Of a stretch of DNA of 64,000 nt, positions 39,864 through 53,735 are shown in pieces. The number at the start of each line of letters is the position of its first letter. The first letter of the stretch is position 1. Origin of the DNA: Octopus vulgaris (lineage: Eukaryota); the NCBI GenBank assembly GCA_951406725.2, contig OX597814.1:60512001-60576000 (forward strand), written 5' to 3'. A program made the position numbers and the translations under genes. The notes beneath the pieces were generated by a model that was not told the DNA's origin, did no database searches, and saw only the letters and a list, made by a program, of their open reading frames with translations.

Positions 39864-40640
39864 CTAGCAGAACCTGTGAATATTTCACGGAATTAATAGT
39901 AACCTATTGGGTTATTCCTGAAAACTTTATCCAAAAAACCTTAAAGCGTAGTCTGTGTTGTGTCTGTATCAAAGGACAGTCACTCATATGCTATTCATTA
40001 AAAGGTGAAGGAAATTGGAATATGATGATTACTTAATGCACATTTTATATATACTTTATATACTTGATGCACAATTTTATAGACTTAATATTCAGCACTC
40101 ATAAAATATATATTCACTCTTATTTTTCAATTTTTGCCATAAACAGAAAAAATTAGATTTTAAAATTCACACTGTCACACTTTCATATCTAGAAAACAAA
40201 AATTTTATAGTTAAAAAAAATTAGTTTATATGTAAAATATAGGGCTCACAATTTCACGGGGGTAAAAATTTAATGCAACATAGCATACTCTGAAAACCAC
40301 ATCAGTGATAACTTGTAAGCCAAGGCAATGGTTCAGAGCCAATACACATTTCAATTTGCATACACCTTTGAGTCCAATACTTCTTTGCAGACTATGTTCT
40401 TCATGTAAGTTCTTTTTCTTTTCTCTTGTATGTCAGTGCTGATAAATTTAACTTTCACATCAGATAGTTTGTGAGCTCTTGAGAATGCAACATGTAGCTG
40501 ACCTTGGCTGAATACAGGTTCAGGCAAGAACAACTCCACTTTATCAAATGTTTGCCCTTATGATTTATTGATAGCCATTGCATATGGCAAGCAAACAGGA
40601 AACTGGTTTCTTTCTAAAGTGGATGGCAAGTTTGGGATGT
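39864..40640 (-). mobile_element. Helitron 3' remnant with Pif1-type helicase C-terminus
   Basis: [45 protein letters not shown]. Subterminal hairpin ccgtgaaatattcacagg followed by terminal CTAG|T at 39864. Confidence 0.85.
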
Positions 40641-42646
40641 GCATGCATTAAGTGGTAGGTGATATAAAAAGCTTAGTTCAATGAAAAAAAATTTTACTTT
40701 TCACTATGCACTCGCCATTGCCACCATCACCACCTTCATCTCTCTCTCCCTCTCTTTCTCCTCTCTCTTTCTCTCACTCTCTCTCGTTTTCTCTCCCGTC
40801 CCCTCTCTCTGCCTTTCTTTAATCTCACCCCTTTGCTAAAAGTGTATTCTTAACTCTCCTCTATATCACTACCTCCAACTAACTTTCTTAACCACTTAAT
40901 AAATATTACATTCCCTCTACCACATGTCTATCTTTTCTCTCTCCCTTTCTTTCTACCTGCTATTATCTACCTGCCTGATCCTTTTTCTCTCTCCCTCTTT
41001 TTCTCTAATTCTATGAAAGTGTTACCAATGGGCTAAGTAATGAATGACAAGCAGAATTATTATAAGATTGTCCTTGTCATCATCATTTTACACCTAATTT
41101 TTCATGCAAGCTTGAGTTAGATGAGTTGTGACAATCTGAGTCAGTTCTAATTCAGATTTATTACCCTCTTAGACAAGTGTGTAACATGTTCCACTAGTGA
41201 GTATAGTGTGGTTTCTATGGCTAGAAGATCTTCCTGTTACCAACCACTTTAAAAACTTTATTTTATTATAGCATCAGCACCAGACTGGTTGTTTTGTCCT
41301 TAGCCAGACTGAAGAGTCTCCTCTGTCCTATATTGTCTCTATCTTTTGATTTGGAGAGAAGGTTTCTTACTTTTTCTTCCAGCATTTCCATTCATTATGT
41401 CAGGCAAGATTGGCAACTTTGTAAAGAATACATTACAAAATTACTGGAAACCATAAAACAGACAAAAATAGATATCATTTTATGGATAGAATAAGCCAGG
41501 CAATACATTTGGAAGCGATGATTTTTAAACAACATGTTTGATAAAGTTTCTTTCATAAATACTCTTTACTAAATCTGAGGATGCACCATTGAAAAGTAGT
41601 TGTTTTGATTAATTTGAAATTCTAATATTTTTACAGATCTCAGATTTCCATATCCCAGTTTGAGAACTCCTGCTTTAACCAGTACTATGAGTACTAAAGA
41701 GGTTGTTTTATTCTGACAAGACTAAACAGACACCCTTCTTCTCTGAATTGACTTCATTTGTTTGCTCTTTTTTTTTTCCCCATGCACACAACTTCATATG
41801 TAGACAGGAGACATTTCCTATCATATTACTGATACTAGCGGGCATAGTATGGTATGGAATCTAGTAAAGCACCATTATATAAGCAATTAAATGACTATGA
41901 TTCAGTACTACTGCTAATTTATACACAGTCATGGTGAAACTATGATACTCAGTGTTTATTACTTTCTGGACTTGCAATTACTGGAGAGAGAGGGGGGAGG
42001 GAGAATTATGTACATCAGAGGTGTGAATCACTTCTTTTTTTTTTTCTAGTATTAAGTTGGAATGTTTTTGTTTTCTCTTACTGGAAGGCAAAAGAGAAGA
42101 GCATCCATGTTATATCATAAGATCCTTTTAATACTAAGCATTGGTGCAGGTGCTGGTGTCACATAAAAAACACTGGTTCTGGTGCCATGTAAAAAGCAAT
42201 GACACTGGTGCTATATGATAAGCACTGGTGCTGGTGCCGCATAAAAAGCACTGGTGATGGTGCCACTTAAAAAACACTTGTTATGGTGCCACATAAAAAG
42301 TACTCCAAACATTCTGTGAAATGGTTGTCATTTGGAAGGGCATCCAGCCATAGAAACCAAGCCAAAACAGACTATGGAATGTGGAGCAGTCCCTGGCCTC
42401 GCCTGTTCCTGTCAAGCCTTGCCATCCATGCCAACTTAGAAAATGGATGTTAAATGATGATGATGACGATGATGATGATATTGTTTATGGAAATTAGTCT
42501 AAACAGTAATATTTATACAATTATATATGATTTTCAGCCATATGAATGCCACTCAATTATAAATTTAGTATAAACAACAATTTCCTGCTACCTAAAAAAA
42601 AACAGAAGTAGGTAGGTGGGTTATAAAAAAAAATACAGTTGCTGAC

Positions 42647-42728
42647 CTGTGTATTTTGCCGACACCAGTCATTCCAGTATCTCCTACGTTGATGTAATTG
42701 GTTAAATCAAGGGTTGTTAACGGCACCT
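42647..42728 (-). CDS. LRR protein exon (82 nt, phase 1->2)
   Basis: ttccttcttgcag|AG...CACAG|gtcagc. Translates (E)VPLTTLDLTNYINVGDTGMTGVGKIH; not in the ORF track, found by reading. Confidence 0.88.
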
Positions 42729-43116
42729 CTGCAAGAAGGAAAGAATGATTTTAACATGAAAGAGTAAAATACCAAAATTAAAATTATAACTAAATTTGAA
42801 TATTTTATTTCTCGCTGTTGTTGAAGTGGTCCTGTCATAGATCACCCCAGACCAAAAGGTGTTCTAGCTGTGTATTTTTTATCACTTGTTCCAGTCATTA
42901 GACGGTGGCCATGCTGGGGCACCACCTTGAAGAATTTTAGTCAAATGAATCAACCCCAATACTTGCTAATTTATTTTAAGCCTGATACTTATTCTATCAG
43001 TCTCTTTTGATGAACTACTAAGTTATAAGGACAAACACATACCAGCAACAGTTGTCAAGCAGTAGTAGTGGTGAACAAACAAAACACAAAGACACACACA
43101 CACATATATATGGGTG

Positions 43117-43154
<38 letters not shown>

Positions 43155-43157
<3 letters not shown>

Positions 43158-43739
43158 TATTACTAAACAGTGAGAATAAATGATCAACACTGCATTGGTG
43201 GATAAATATTCTTTATTTGTGGCTTAACTAGGCTACCAATAGATTCATTGGTAGCCTTGTTCCCTTAAAATAGCTCCCTTAAAATGTAAGAAGTTAAGGA
43301 TTGAAAAACTTGCCAGATGGAGTGGGGGGGGGGTACTTCTCTGAAGACGTTCTGCTGTTCAGTTCTTTTTTACATATAATATTTTTTTTTTACTATGTAA
43401 TTTTCGATTTCTAGATATGAAAGTGTGACATTGTGAATTTTAAAATCTAATTTTTTCTGTTTATGGCAAAAAGGGGAAAATATGACTGAATATTTATTTT
43501 ATGAGTGCTGCATATTAAGTCTATAAAATTTTGCATCAAGTATATAAAGTATATATAAAATGTGCATTAAGTAATCATCGTATTCCGATTTCTTTGACTT
43601 TTCAATGAGTAGCAGATGAGTGACTATCTTTCCATACAGACACAACACAGGCTACGCTTTCAGATCTTTTGGATAAAGTTTTCAGGAATAACCCAATAGG
43701 TTACTATTAATTCCGTGAAATATTCACAGGTTCTGCTAG
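43155..43739 (+). mobile_element. Second Helitron 3' end (non-autonomous or duplicated)
   Basis: 43380-43739 is the reverse complement of 39864-40222, with the same hairpin and CTAG|T end. The 5' boundary is approximate. Confidence 0.75.
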
Positions 43740-44329
43740 TAATAATGATAATAATTGCTCAGTACCGCAGATTTGATTGTCACTTGAATGACCTTAACCA
43801 GTTGAGCATATTCCTTAGTGGCTGATGATATGTGAATCTATGATCCCAAGCAGAATGGGGGAGCATCATAGCCATGAGGACACCTTGGGCATGTGTCTTC
43901 TACTATAGCCTCAGCTCAACCAAAGCCTTGTGAATGAATTTGGTAGACAGAAATTGAAAGAAGCCCATCATATACTTGTGTGTGTGTGTTTCTGTCTATT
44001 TGTCCCCCACCAATGCTTGATAAGCAGTGTGCTCATGTTCCCGTAAATTAGTGGTTCAGCAAAAGATACTGATAAAATACGTACTAGGCTAAAAAAATAA
44101 AGAAGTCCTGGGATCAATTTATTCAACTGAAACCCTTCAAGGTGGAACCCCAGCATGGCCACAGTCAAATGACAGGTGTAAAAGATAAAAGGTAAAAAAT
44201 AGTGTAGCCTACTATATTGCAGGACTGTGTAGTGCAAATAATTATGATAGTGTTATGTGACACAGGATAGTGAATTATAGTGTAATATTAAGAGTACCAG
44301 AAAGTAATGTATTCTCAAGCAAATACTCT

Positions 44330-44842
44330 TATGTTATACCACAAGAGGATCCCTGTCAAAGTATCAGGGACTTATGTCAGAGGCTTAATAAACCTTGGTC
44401 TACTGTGCAAGACCATCTCAAGCAGATTGAGAAAATGTATAGAGAATGGAATTGGGTCTAATGAGCTCTCCACCAAAAATAAAGCAGTGTGTTGAAATAA
44501 GATAACCCGAGATAAATTCATTAGGCTGGGAAGCTCCACTTTTTGAGGTTGAGCTTCCCAGCACCATCAGATTTTTACTTATTCAGGTTACTTGAACACT
44601 TTACCGGTAGAAAAGCATTCAGAAGTAGGGATGATGCTGAATCGGCCCACTAAACATATTTCTCATCTTAAAAACATGATATTTTTTTTGCCCAAGAAAT
44701 CAGAAAACTGGTTTGGAGATGGGAAAAAATACTAGAGCTAACAATGGGGATTATATTTTGAATACATAAATATAGTTACCATATGTTTTATGTAGATTTG
44801 AATGTTACATAACATGCAACATTACTTTTTGGTACCCCAAAT
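44330..44842 (+). mobile_element. Mariner fragment (third copy or family)
   Basis: EDPCQSIRDLCQRLNKPWSTVQDHLKQI (HTH), PAPSDFYLFRLL, and a TIR-like end cattactttttggtaccccaaata. Confidence 0.65.
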
Positions 44843-46822
44843 AACATAGTCAGAGTAGTATAGTGTAATACGAGGAGGAGTTCTGGTATTTTTTGTAATG
44901 ATTGAAATAGATGTTTGTTTGTGTCTGGAAGGTAGAAATTATTCCAATACTTTCATATTCCAATATGTTTATACTCTTAAATTTCCATATTAACTGTTTG
45001 GTTGTTTACTTCAGTAGAGACTAAGTCTCTCTCTCAAAAAAAGAAAAAAAAAACTCATTTCTTGCACTATTTCTCTTCCCAAGACAACTCTGCCTGTTAT
45101 TACAAAGAATATACTAATCTGTGTATGTTATTATACTTAGTCTTGCTCTGAAGATTAAATATATGAACCAAATGGAAACTATAACATATGAATATCAAAT
45201 GTTTCATCTAGTTCTTTTTTTTTATTCTTTTACTTGTTTCAGTCATTAAACTGTGGCCATGCTGGGGCACCACCTTGAAGAATTCATTTTTAGTCAAATG
45301 AATTGATCCCAATACTTATTTTTTCTTCTTAAGCCTGGTACTTATTCTATCAGTCTCTTTTGCCAAGCTGCAAAGTTATGAGGATGTATAAACACTAGCA
45401 CTGGTTGCCAAGTGGTAATGGTGGTGTATGAACACAAACACACACACACACACATACACGACAGGTTTTTATCAGTTTCCATCTACTAAATCGACTCACA
45501 AGGCTTTTGGTTAGCCTGAGGCTATAGTAGACGGCACTTGCCCAAGGTGCCACACAGTGGTCTGAACCCAGAACCATATGGTTGGGAAGCAACCTTCTTA
45601 CCACACAACCATGCTTGCATCTATGGGGATTTTTATTTTTATTTTTTTTGCATCCAAGCTCTCAAATAAATTCCTGTAACTAGCTTGAGCATTTAATAAC
45701 ACACTTCGTATTGCAAATTCCTTTCAAAATTGTTAGCTCCTACTGCCATTAAATGGTAGTATGTATTTTGTGTCCGGGATTTAGAATAGCTAGACAGTAT
45801 CCTTGAGTGATATAACAAGTGATTAATATTGTTGGCAACAGGAAGGGCATTCAATCAGAAAACAGAGCCTCACAAGGCTTTGGTCTGCAATGGGCTATAG
45901 TTGAATACTGTTGCACATGGTGCCACGCAAAGATGAGTGGCTTTGTGGTTAGGTTGTTGCACTCAAGATCTTACGATCATGGTTTTGATTTGCAGATCAA
46001 GTGGCGTGGTGTGTTCTTGAGCACCTCATTTCACTTTGCTCCAGCCTATTCAAATGCAAATGCTTTCCAGCAATAGTTGGGAAATAAGCCCTGAGATGGA
46101 CTGGTGCCTGACTCAGCAGGGACAAATAAGCATTACATTTGATTGAGTAACCTGAATATTAAAGAATTTAAACCCTGATCATGGAAATCCAGATTAAGCT
46201 ATTCATCGTCATCAACAACAACAACATCCATTTTCTATGCTGGTATGAGTTGGATGGCTTGACAGGGGCTGGCTAGGCAGAAGACTACACTAGGCCTCAC
46301 TGTCTGTTTTTACGCCTGGATGCCCTTCCTAACACCAAACATGAAAAGAATAAAGTGCCACACAGTGGGACTGAACCTGAAACTATGTTATTGAAAAGTA
46401 AATTTCTAAACAACACAGCAATGCCTGTGCCTAGCCATATACACACACATACACACACTTGACAACATTATTTGTATTTGTAATGCAAAGTGATAGCTAT
46501 TAACAAAACTGAAATATCTTGTTTCACAAATCATGTTTTCCCCACAAATAATAAAAAGGAAATGATAAAAGAAAAAAAAAGCAAACCTACAAAATAATGG
46601 GAAGCAACTGCAAATTTATGTGTGCTTCTGTCATATGATGCTCATTCCAAAACTATTTCCTAAACTACTAACATTAAAATCATATTACTTCAAAGAAGCA
46701 AAGAATATCTCTCAAAATACAGTAACATACAACTGCATATTGTTGTCACTTGGCAGCTGCTGCTACTCATGACATTATCAACATATTGCTGAAGTGATTG
46801 GCAATTAGCACATAGAAAGCAC

Positions 46823-46885
<63 letters not shown>

Positions 46886-46997
46886 TAATAATAATAATTT
46901 TCTATTATAGGCACAAGGCCTAATAATAGTCATCATCATTATTATTATTACTATTATTATTATTGCTATTGTTATTGTTATTAATAATAATGATAGT

Positions 46998-47205
46998 AAG
47001 GTGAGCTGCCAGAATCGTTAGCACACCGGGTGAAATGCTTAGTGGTATTTCACCTGCCACTACGTTCCGAGTTCAAATTCTGCCAAGGTCGACTTTGCCT
47101 TTCATACTTTCAGGGTTGATTAAATAAATACCAGTTAAGCACTGGGGTCGATGTAACTGACAAATCCCCACATCTCCAAGCTGCTCTTGTGACAAAAATT
47201 TGAAA
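46998..47205 (+). mobile_element. SINE family C, representative copy (about 14 minus copies in 450-4650; others 14490-15200 -, 16185-16390 -, 23920-24133 +, 24165-24500 -, 38345-38566 -, 39190-39400 +, 47262-47480 +)
   Basis: ggtgagctggcagaatcgttagc...gttcaaattc (B-box-like)...gtcgactttgcctttcatcctttcggggtcgataaaataagtaccag...ccttgtgcc, then an (ATT)n tail. Confidence 0.85.
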
Positions 47206-47719
47206 TAATAATAATTATTATTATTGTTGTTATTATTATTATTATTAATGAAAATGATAATGAGGTGAGCTGGCAGAATTGTTAGCACACTGGGCAAAAT
47301 GCTTGGCAGCATTTTGTCTCACTCTATGTTCTGAGTTTAAAATCTGCCAAGGTTGACTTTGCCTTTCATTCTTTCAGGGTCAATAAAATAAGTACCAGTT
47401 ACACACTGGGGTCAATGTAATCAACTAGCCCCCACTTACCCCCAAAATCTTCAAGGCTTTGTGGCTAGAGTACAAATAATTATTATTATCATTATTATTA
47501 TTGTTATTATTGAGTGAGAGAGCAATGCATGTCAAAGTGACACTGGGATACTAAATATATGAAGCCAAATATACCCATCATGACTATCCGTCTAATAAGG
47601 GTACACCAGGCACAGGCATCACAAATAGGTGTAATATGGTGATCTTATATCAAGACAAACAGTACATGACCTTGCAGGTGAGGCCCAGTTAGAATTTTCT
47701 TCAGGGTGAGTAGCCCATT

Positions 47720-48066
47720 ATTATTATTTCTTGTGTTTTTAATCATTTCTATAAAACTGGCTTGATTTTCTTTTTGCAGGATATGAGCAGTGCCTAATAA
47801 GGTAGTTATCTATTTTTTTCTGTGAAGTGCTGATATTATATTTGATTTTGAATTGGTCAATGCATTGTGGCAGCTTCTTTGTGATGGATGCCAGCGCTTC
47901 TACCACTACAGGAATAATCTCAGTAGTGGTGTTATACATTCTTCCTAGTTCTAACTTCAAGCTTTGCATAGTTGGTAATTTTTACAACTTCTTTAGCTGC
48001 CATATTAGGGTTACCCGGGGCTGCTCTATCAATAACAAAAGTTTCATGGGAATATGATGTCCAATC
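47720..48066 (-). mobile_element. 3' fragment of an RLE-type non-LTR retrotransposon (R4/Dong-like)
   Basis: Across frameshifts: FVIDRAAPGNPNMAAKEVVKITNYAK/LKLELGRMYNTTTEIIPVVVEALASITKKL...QK.../LLGTAHILQK, the C-terminal restriction-like endonuclease pattern. Ends in (AAT)n. Confidence 0.75.
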
Positions 48067-48890
48067 ATCAGTGTTATGTCCATGTGTACGTTAAAGTCCA
48101 ACAGAATTTTAGCATTTCATGGGTGCTGATGCCATGTAAAACGCACACGTGCGTGTGTGAACAGAGGTGTGTGTGTATAGATATAGATATGACAGGCTTC
48201 TTACAATTTCCATCTATCAAATTTCCTCATAAGGCTTTGGTCAGCCTGAGGCTATAGTAGTATACATTACCCAAGGTGACATGCAGCAAGACTGAACCAA
48301 GACTACATGATTTGGGAAGTAAGCTTCACAGCCACACACACACACACATATATATATATATACACGTACACATTTAATAAAGAAAAATGCCATAACATAG
48401 TTGAGTGATAATTAATAACAAATATTAACATGATTGTCACTTCAACTTGTTTTATATCTGTGAAATATAGATGAATAAAAGCAAAAAATACAGACAGTTT
48501 CAGATACATGGAAAATAAATAAAGAAAAAAACTGAGAGAGAAAATCTTGCATTAAAGTGAAAATAACAAGCCTGGTTCTTTGAGTATATTCATTGCCAGT
48601 AAGTTTTAAATTTGAAGTCACCTTTGCCATATTATTATATATTATATAGAATATATATAGCCCTTACATACATACTGTACCACTTCACCATGAAATAAAA
48701 TTATAAAAACTATCTCTTGATTCTCTTTTAGCGCTAGCAGCATTTAAGTTTGTTTTGTAACAGATCAAAAAGAAAATTAATAACTAGCTTTAAACACCCT
48801 ACAGGTGGAGAGGAAGAAGAAGTGTATGCAGAATATGAATGCGGAGGTGTATGCAGAATATGTATGCAGACGACAAGCCGAGGTACAAAC

Positions 48891-48962
48891 CTGAAAGATG
48901 CAATATTCCTTCATCTGTAGTCTGGTGACGGCTGGGTAATTTAATTTCTTTCAATTTCAAAG
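48891..48962 (-). CDS. LRR protein exon (72 nt, phase 1->1)
   Basis: ttttccag|CT...TCAG|gtttgt. Translates (S)LKLKEIKLPSRHQTTDEGILHLS; phase matches both neighbours. Confidence 0.88.
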
Positions 48963-49286
48963 CTGGAAAAAGCAGGAACATAAAGGTAATGTCGAGAAAA
49001 TAAAAAAATTTAAAAATTATAAATTAAGATAAGAAAATAAGAAAACAAACAAATAAAACCTGATATTATACATGTAATATATTCCTCCTATCACTGAAAA
49101 TTGGAGGTAATACACAAAGATTAATGAAAAAGACATACACTGATATAAGTATATACATATCTCCACTAATATATATATGTATATATATATAATATATATG
49201 TGTGTGTGTGTATGTATGTATAGATATCAGCATAATATATAAATACATTGTATACGTGCGTGCGTATCTGCATACTACATATATGC

Positions 49287-49354
<68 letters not shown>

Positions 49355-49617
49355 GTATATGCATATGTTTTATGTGTGTGTATGTGTATTACATATATAT
49401 AAAGTATGCATGTGTTTGTCTGTGTATGTACAATTACATATGTATAATAAAAATCATCAGATTGTGGAAATATCACAAAACAACCAGAACTGCAATCATT
49501 CAAAAGTAAAAGATAAGATTAAAAGAAGTTACTCCTGGATGTATGGAGAGAGAGAAAGAGAGAGAGAGTGTGTGTGTGTATGTGTATGAGTAGTATATGC
49601 ATGCTTGTGAATGTCGG

Positions 49618-49659
<42 letters not shown>

Positions 49660-51036
49660 TTATAGCTAGTGTGCATTTGTTCATAATAAAAAGGCTTTCA
49701 TAAACAGAGTAAAGTACTCAATACGAGATTATCTATCTATCTATCTATTTATATATACACACACACACATGTATGCATATAAGCTGATACAGGTATATAT
49801 GAAAATACACTCACACATACATACATATGCACAATACAAGCAAAGAGTGAGAAACATTTGACAGAAAAGATTTTCGTACTTCTTTGCGCCATTTATTGGT
49901 AAAATTGACTGCAAACGTCATGGGAAAAAAAAATTAAAAGGCTACAGCACTGTATGAGAGACTAATACATATGCATGTGTTTCTTTGAAAGCCATGATAT
50001 AGTCTGTGATGGGAACAATTACCTAATAGAGTCTAGAGATGTTAAGAAGATGAATAGCAACGAAATATATTTATACAAATACACACACACACACACACAC
50101 ACAAGTATATGTACATATATACCCTTACATATGTGTGTATATAAAAATATATATATATATACACACACACATGCAGATATATCTATATACACACACAGAT
50201 ATATATATATATACAGACACATATATCATTCTCCCTCTCTCTCTCTGAGTGTATAGAGACATGCAAAAACACACACACACACACACACAGATGCAGACAG
50301 GCACAGAAATAGTTCTTTTACTATATGTTAATGTTCTAGAACCCTCTGGTGTTTGAATATTAATATAATTCTAGTAAAAAGAATTGTTAATCCATTTTTC
50401 CCCAATATTGAGTGCCCACTCTTCTAGTTTGACCCCCCCCCCACTACCACCACCACCACTTGACAACCAGTATTGGTTTGTTTACATCCCCATAATTTAG
50501 CAGTTCACCAAAAGGAGTCTGATAAAATAAGTGCTAAACTTGAAAGTAAAAGTACTGGGATCAATTTGTCTGACTAAACCCTTCAAGATGGTGCCCCAGC
50601 ATGACCATGGTCTAATGACTGAAAGAAGCAAAAGAATAAAAGAATACACATATATATATTATTTTTTTATCTTTTACTTGTTTCAGTTATTGGGTGGTGG
50701 CCATGCTGGGGCATTGTCTTGGAGAAGTTTTAGTTGAATGAATTGACCACAGTACTTATTATTTTTAAGGCTGGTACTAATTCTATTGGTCTCTTTTGCC
50801 ATACTGGTAAGTTACAGTAACATAAATACACCAACACCAGTTGTCAAATGGTGGTAGGGGATATACACACACACAAACCATGAATTTCTTTCAGTTTCTG
50901 TCTCCCAAATCCAGTCACAAGGCTACGGCAGAAGATACTTGCCCAAGATGTCACACAGTGGGACTGAACCCAGAACCATGTGGTTGAGAAGCAAGCTTCT
51001 TACTACACAGCCAAGTACCCCCTACACATATACATG

Positions 51037-51109
<73 letters not shown>

Positions 51110-52080
51110 GAAATTCACATATCCAGCCACACACACACACACATTTCTCTAGTATTGAGTATTGCTTATTTCATTCCCTACTTCTACTCTCATATCTCTG
51201 CCTCTGATATTTTCCAGTTGGTTGAGCACTGAATGTGAGCAGAGACTGATACACTAACCAATGTCAAATTATGCAATTATATGTATTTTTCTGAAGCACT
51301 TCAAAAAACAACTTATAAGAAAGTGAAGAATGAAGTAGAAGGACTATTTCCTCCATTAAATCTAAGCTTAATGTAACTACAGATAATGAGTCCCATTTTA
51401 AGACAAACATGAACTTTCAGTGCACTGAGGTCACAGAAATACTGAAGATGGACCTGGCATGGCTATGTGGTAAGAAACATTCTTCTCAACCACATGGTTC
51501 CAGATTCAGTCCCCCACTGTATGGCACCTGGGGCAAATGTCTTCTACTCTAACCTCAGGCCAGGATTTGGGAGATGAAAACTGAAAAAGGTCTATCGTAT
51601 GTGTGTGTTTGTCCCTCACCACCACTTGACAATTGGTGTAGGTTTGTTTATGCCGCACCATAACTTAGCAGTTCAGCTTAAGTGACTGGCAGAATAAGTA
51701 CCTGGCTTAAAACAAAAAAAGTACTGAGGTCGATTCGTTTGTCTAAAAAGTCTTCAAGGCAGTGCCCTAGCATGGCCACAGCATAATGAGCAAAACAAAT
51801 CAAAGATTTAACAATATACCAATAGTTTCCATACTAACTTGAAACAGTTACTAAGGTTGGGTGCCCTTCCTAAAGCCCACTACTTTACAGAGTGTACTAG
51901 GTTATCATCATCATTTAACATTGATTTCTCTATTCTGGCATGGGTTAGACAGTTTGACAGAAGCCAGTGGACTGCAACAAGCGCTAATGTTTACTTTGGC
52001 ATAGTATATATATATATATATATATATATAAAGAGTAGTATGTATACATACATACACACACACATGCATGTGTACACATG

Positions 52081-52125
<45 letters not shown>

Positions 52126-52131
52126 CATACA

Positions 52132-52428
52132 CAGGTCATTGTCGACTTACAACCTATCCAACGTATGACCGATTGACTTTACAACGATTGGCATGCCAGC
52201 TCCCCGTAGCAAAAATAAATAGTCCAGTCGGAATCTAACAGGTTTAATTTCTAAGAAATTTTTGACCAATGCCAGTATAATAGTATAATACAGAATGCTG
52301 TGTGTGACTTTTACCTGAGAATGTACCTTAAGAATGTAAAAATATAAAACAAAGCTATATAAGACCTATAGGCCAACTTAGGACCAGTCAGTTGGAACCA
52401 ATTGTGGTTGTAAGTCAACAGTGACCTG
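52132..52428. mobile_element. pogo/Tigger-like MITE
   Basis: 23-bp TIR caggtcattgtcgacttacaacc / ggttgtaagtcaacagtgacctg, with TA on the right side. Confidence 0.75.
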
Positions 52429-52450
52429 TATAAATATATATATATATGTA

Positions 52451-53735
52451 TTGGGTAATCCCATAAATAATGCGTTTTTTATACTTTTTCAAAATTAAGA
52501 TAAACAAAGTTCTTTTTTAATCTAAAATATACTCTTCCATCTATCTAGTAGACTTGCAAGGCCCCTCTTCCAAAATTCACTTGTCTGTGATGAAAAATAC
52601 TCTTCCATTATTATTTTGACCTCGTCCACAGAATTTATATTTTTTCCATACAAATGATTTTGAAAACTGCAGAATAAATGATAATCAGATGGGGCAATGT
52701 CCAATATATATTGTGGGTGAGGCATCATTACCCATTCAAACTGCTCCAGCCTTTGGAATGTCATCTTCACTGTATGTGGCCAAGCATTATCCTGATGGAA
52801 GAACACCTTTCATCTTGAAACCAAAGATGGTCATTTTTCTTCTAGCGCTGACTTAAGCCATTTTTCGTCTAGCACTAACTTAAGCCATTTTTCTTCTAGC
52901 ACTGACTCAAGCTTCTCACAGTAGATATCCTTTGTTATCTTTGGTTTGGGTTTAAAAGTTCAAAGTGGACAAAACCTTTCATATCCCACCAAACAGATAA
53001 CAACACCTTACATGGGTGAAGACTTTCTTTAGCCTGGAGTTCCGGTGTTTCTCTTTTCCCTACCCACTGTCTTTGGCATTTGATATCTTTATAGAGAACC
53101 CATTTCGCATCACGAGTCACTATTCAGGCCCAAAAAAGTTCATTCGCGAGACGTGACAGTAAAGAAGAGTACCCATTTAATCAATGTGCAATTAGACTCG
53201 GAAAGTTTGTGAGGAATTCAATGACCCAATTTGCTGACTTTTCCAATGGCATTCAGGTGTCGATGAATGGTTGAATGACCAAAGCCAAGCTTCTCTGCTA
53301 GTTCCTCATCAGTTACAATGGGACTTTGTTCCACCAGGGTTTGCAGGACATCCTCATCAAGATCTACAGATCTTCCAGGATGAGACTTAGGCTGTAGTTT
53401 CCAGCTCAGAATTTCTGGAACCACCATTGACACTGGCTTATGCTTATTGTCCGATCCCCATATACTGCATTAATATTCCTTGCACTTTCCATTGTGTTGT
53501 TGCCTCTATTGAACTCATAAAGCAAAATATGCCAAATATGCTCCTTCGTCACTTTCATTATTGCTTTGAAAAAATAACTGTTAAAATCAAACTGCACTCT
53601 TCAAAACTTGCACTAAGAACAAGGTAAAATCACTACCTGCTTTTATAGCAAGTTGATGCAGGTAGTTTATGCTGTCCCCCTCCAACTTTTATTTCATGCA
53701 GTTGAAAAAACTTCATTATTTATGGAATGACCCAA
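52451..53735 (-). mobile_element. Full-length but defective mariner transposon (DD34D)
   Basis: ~28-bp TIRs ttgggtaatcccataaataatgcgttttt / aaaaaacttcattatttatggaatgacccaa with TA on both sides. Transposase pieces: MKVTKEHIWHILLYEF.., VTRDAKWVLY, FHQDNAWPH, HPQYILDIAPSDYHLF. Confidence 0.93.
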
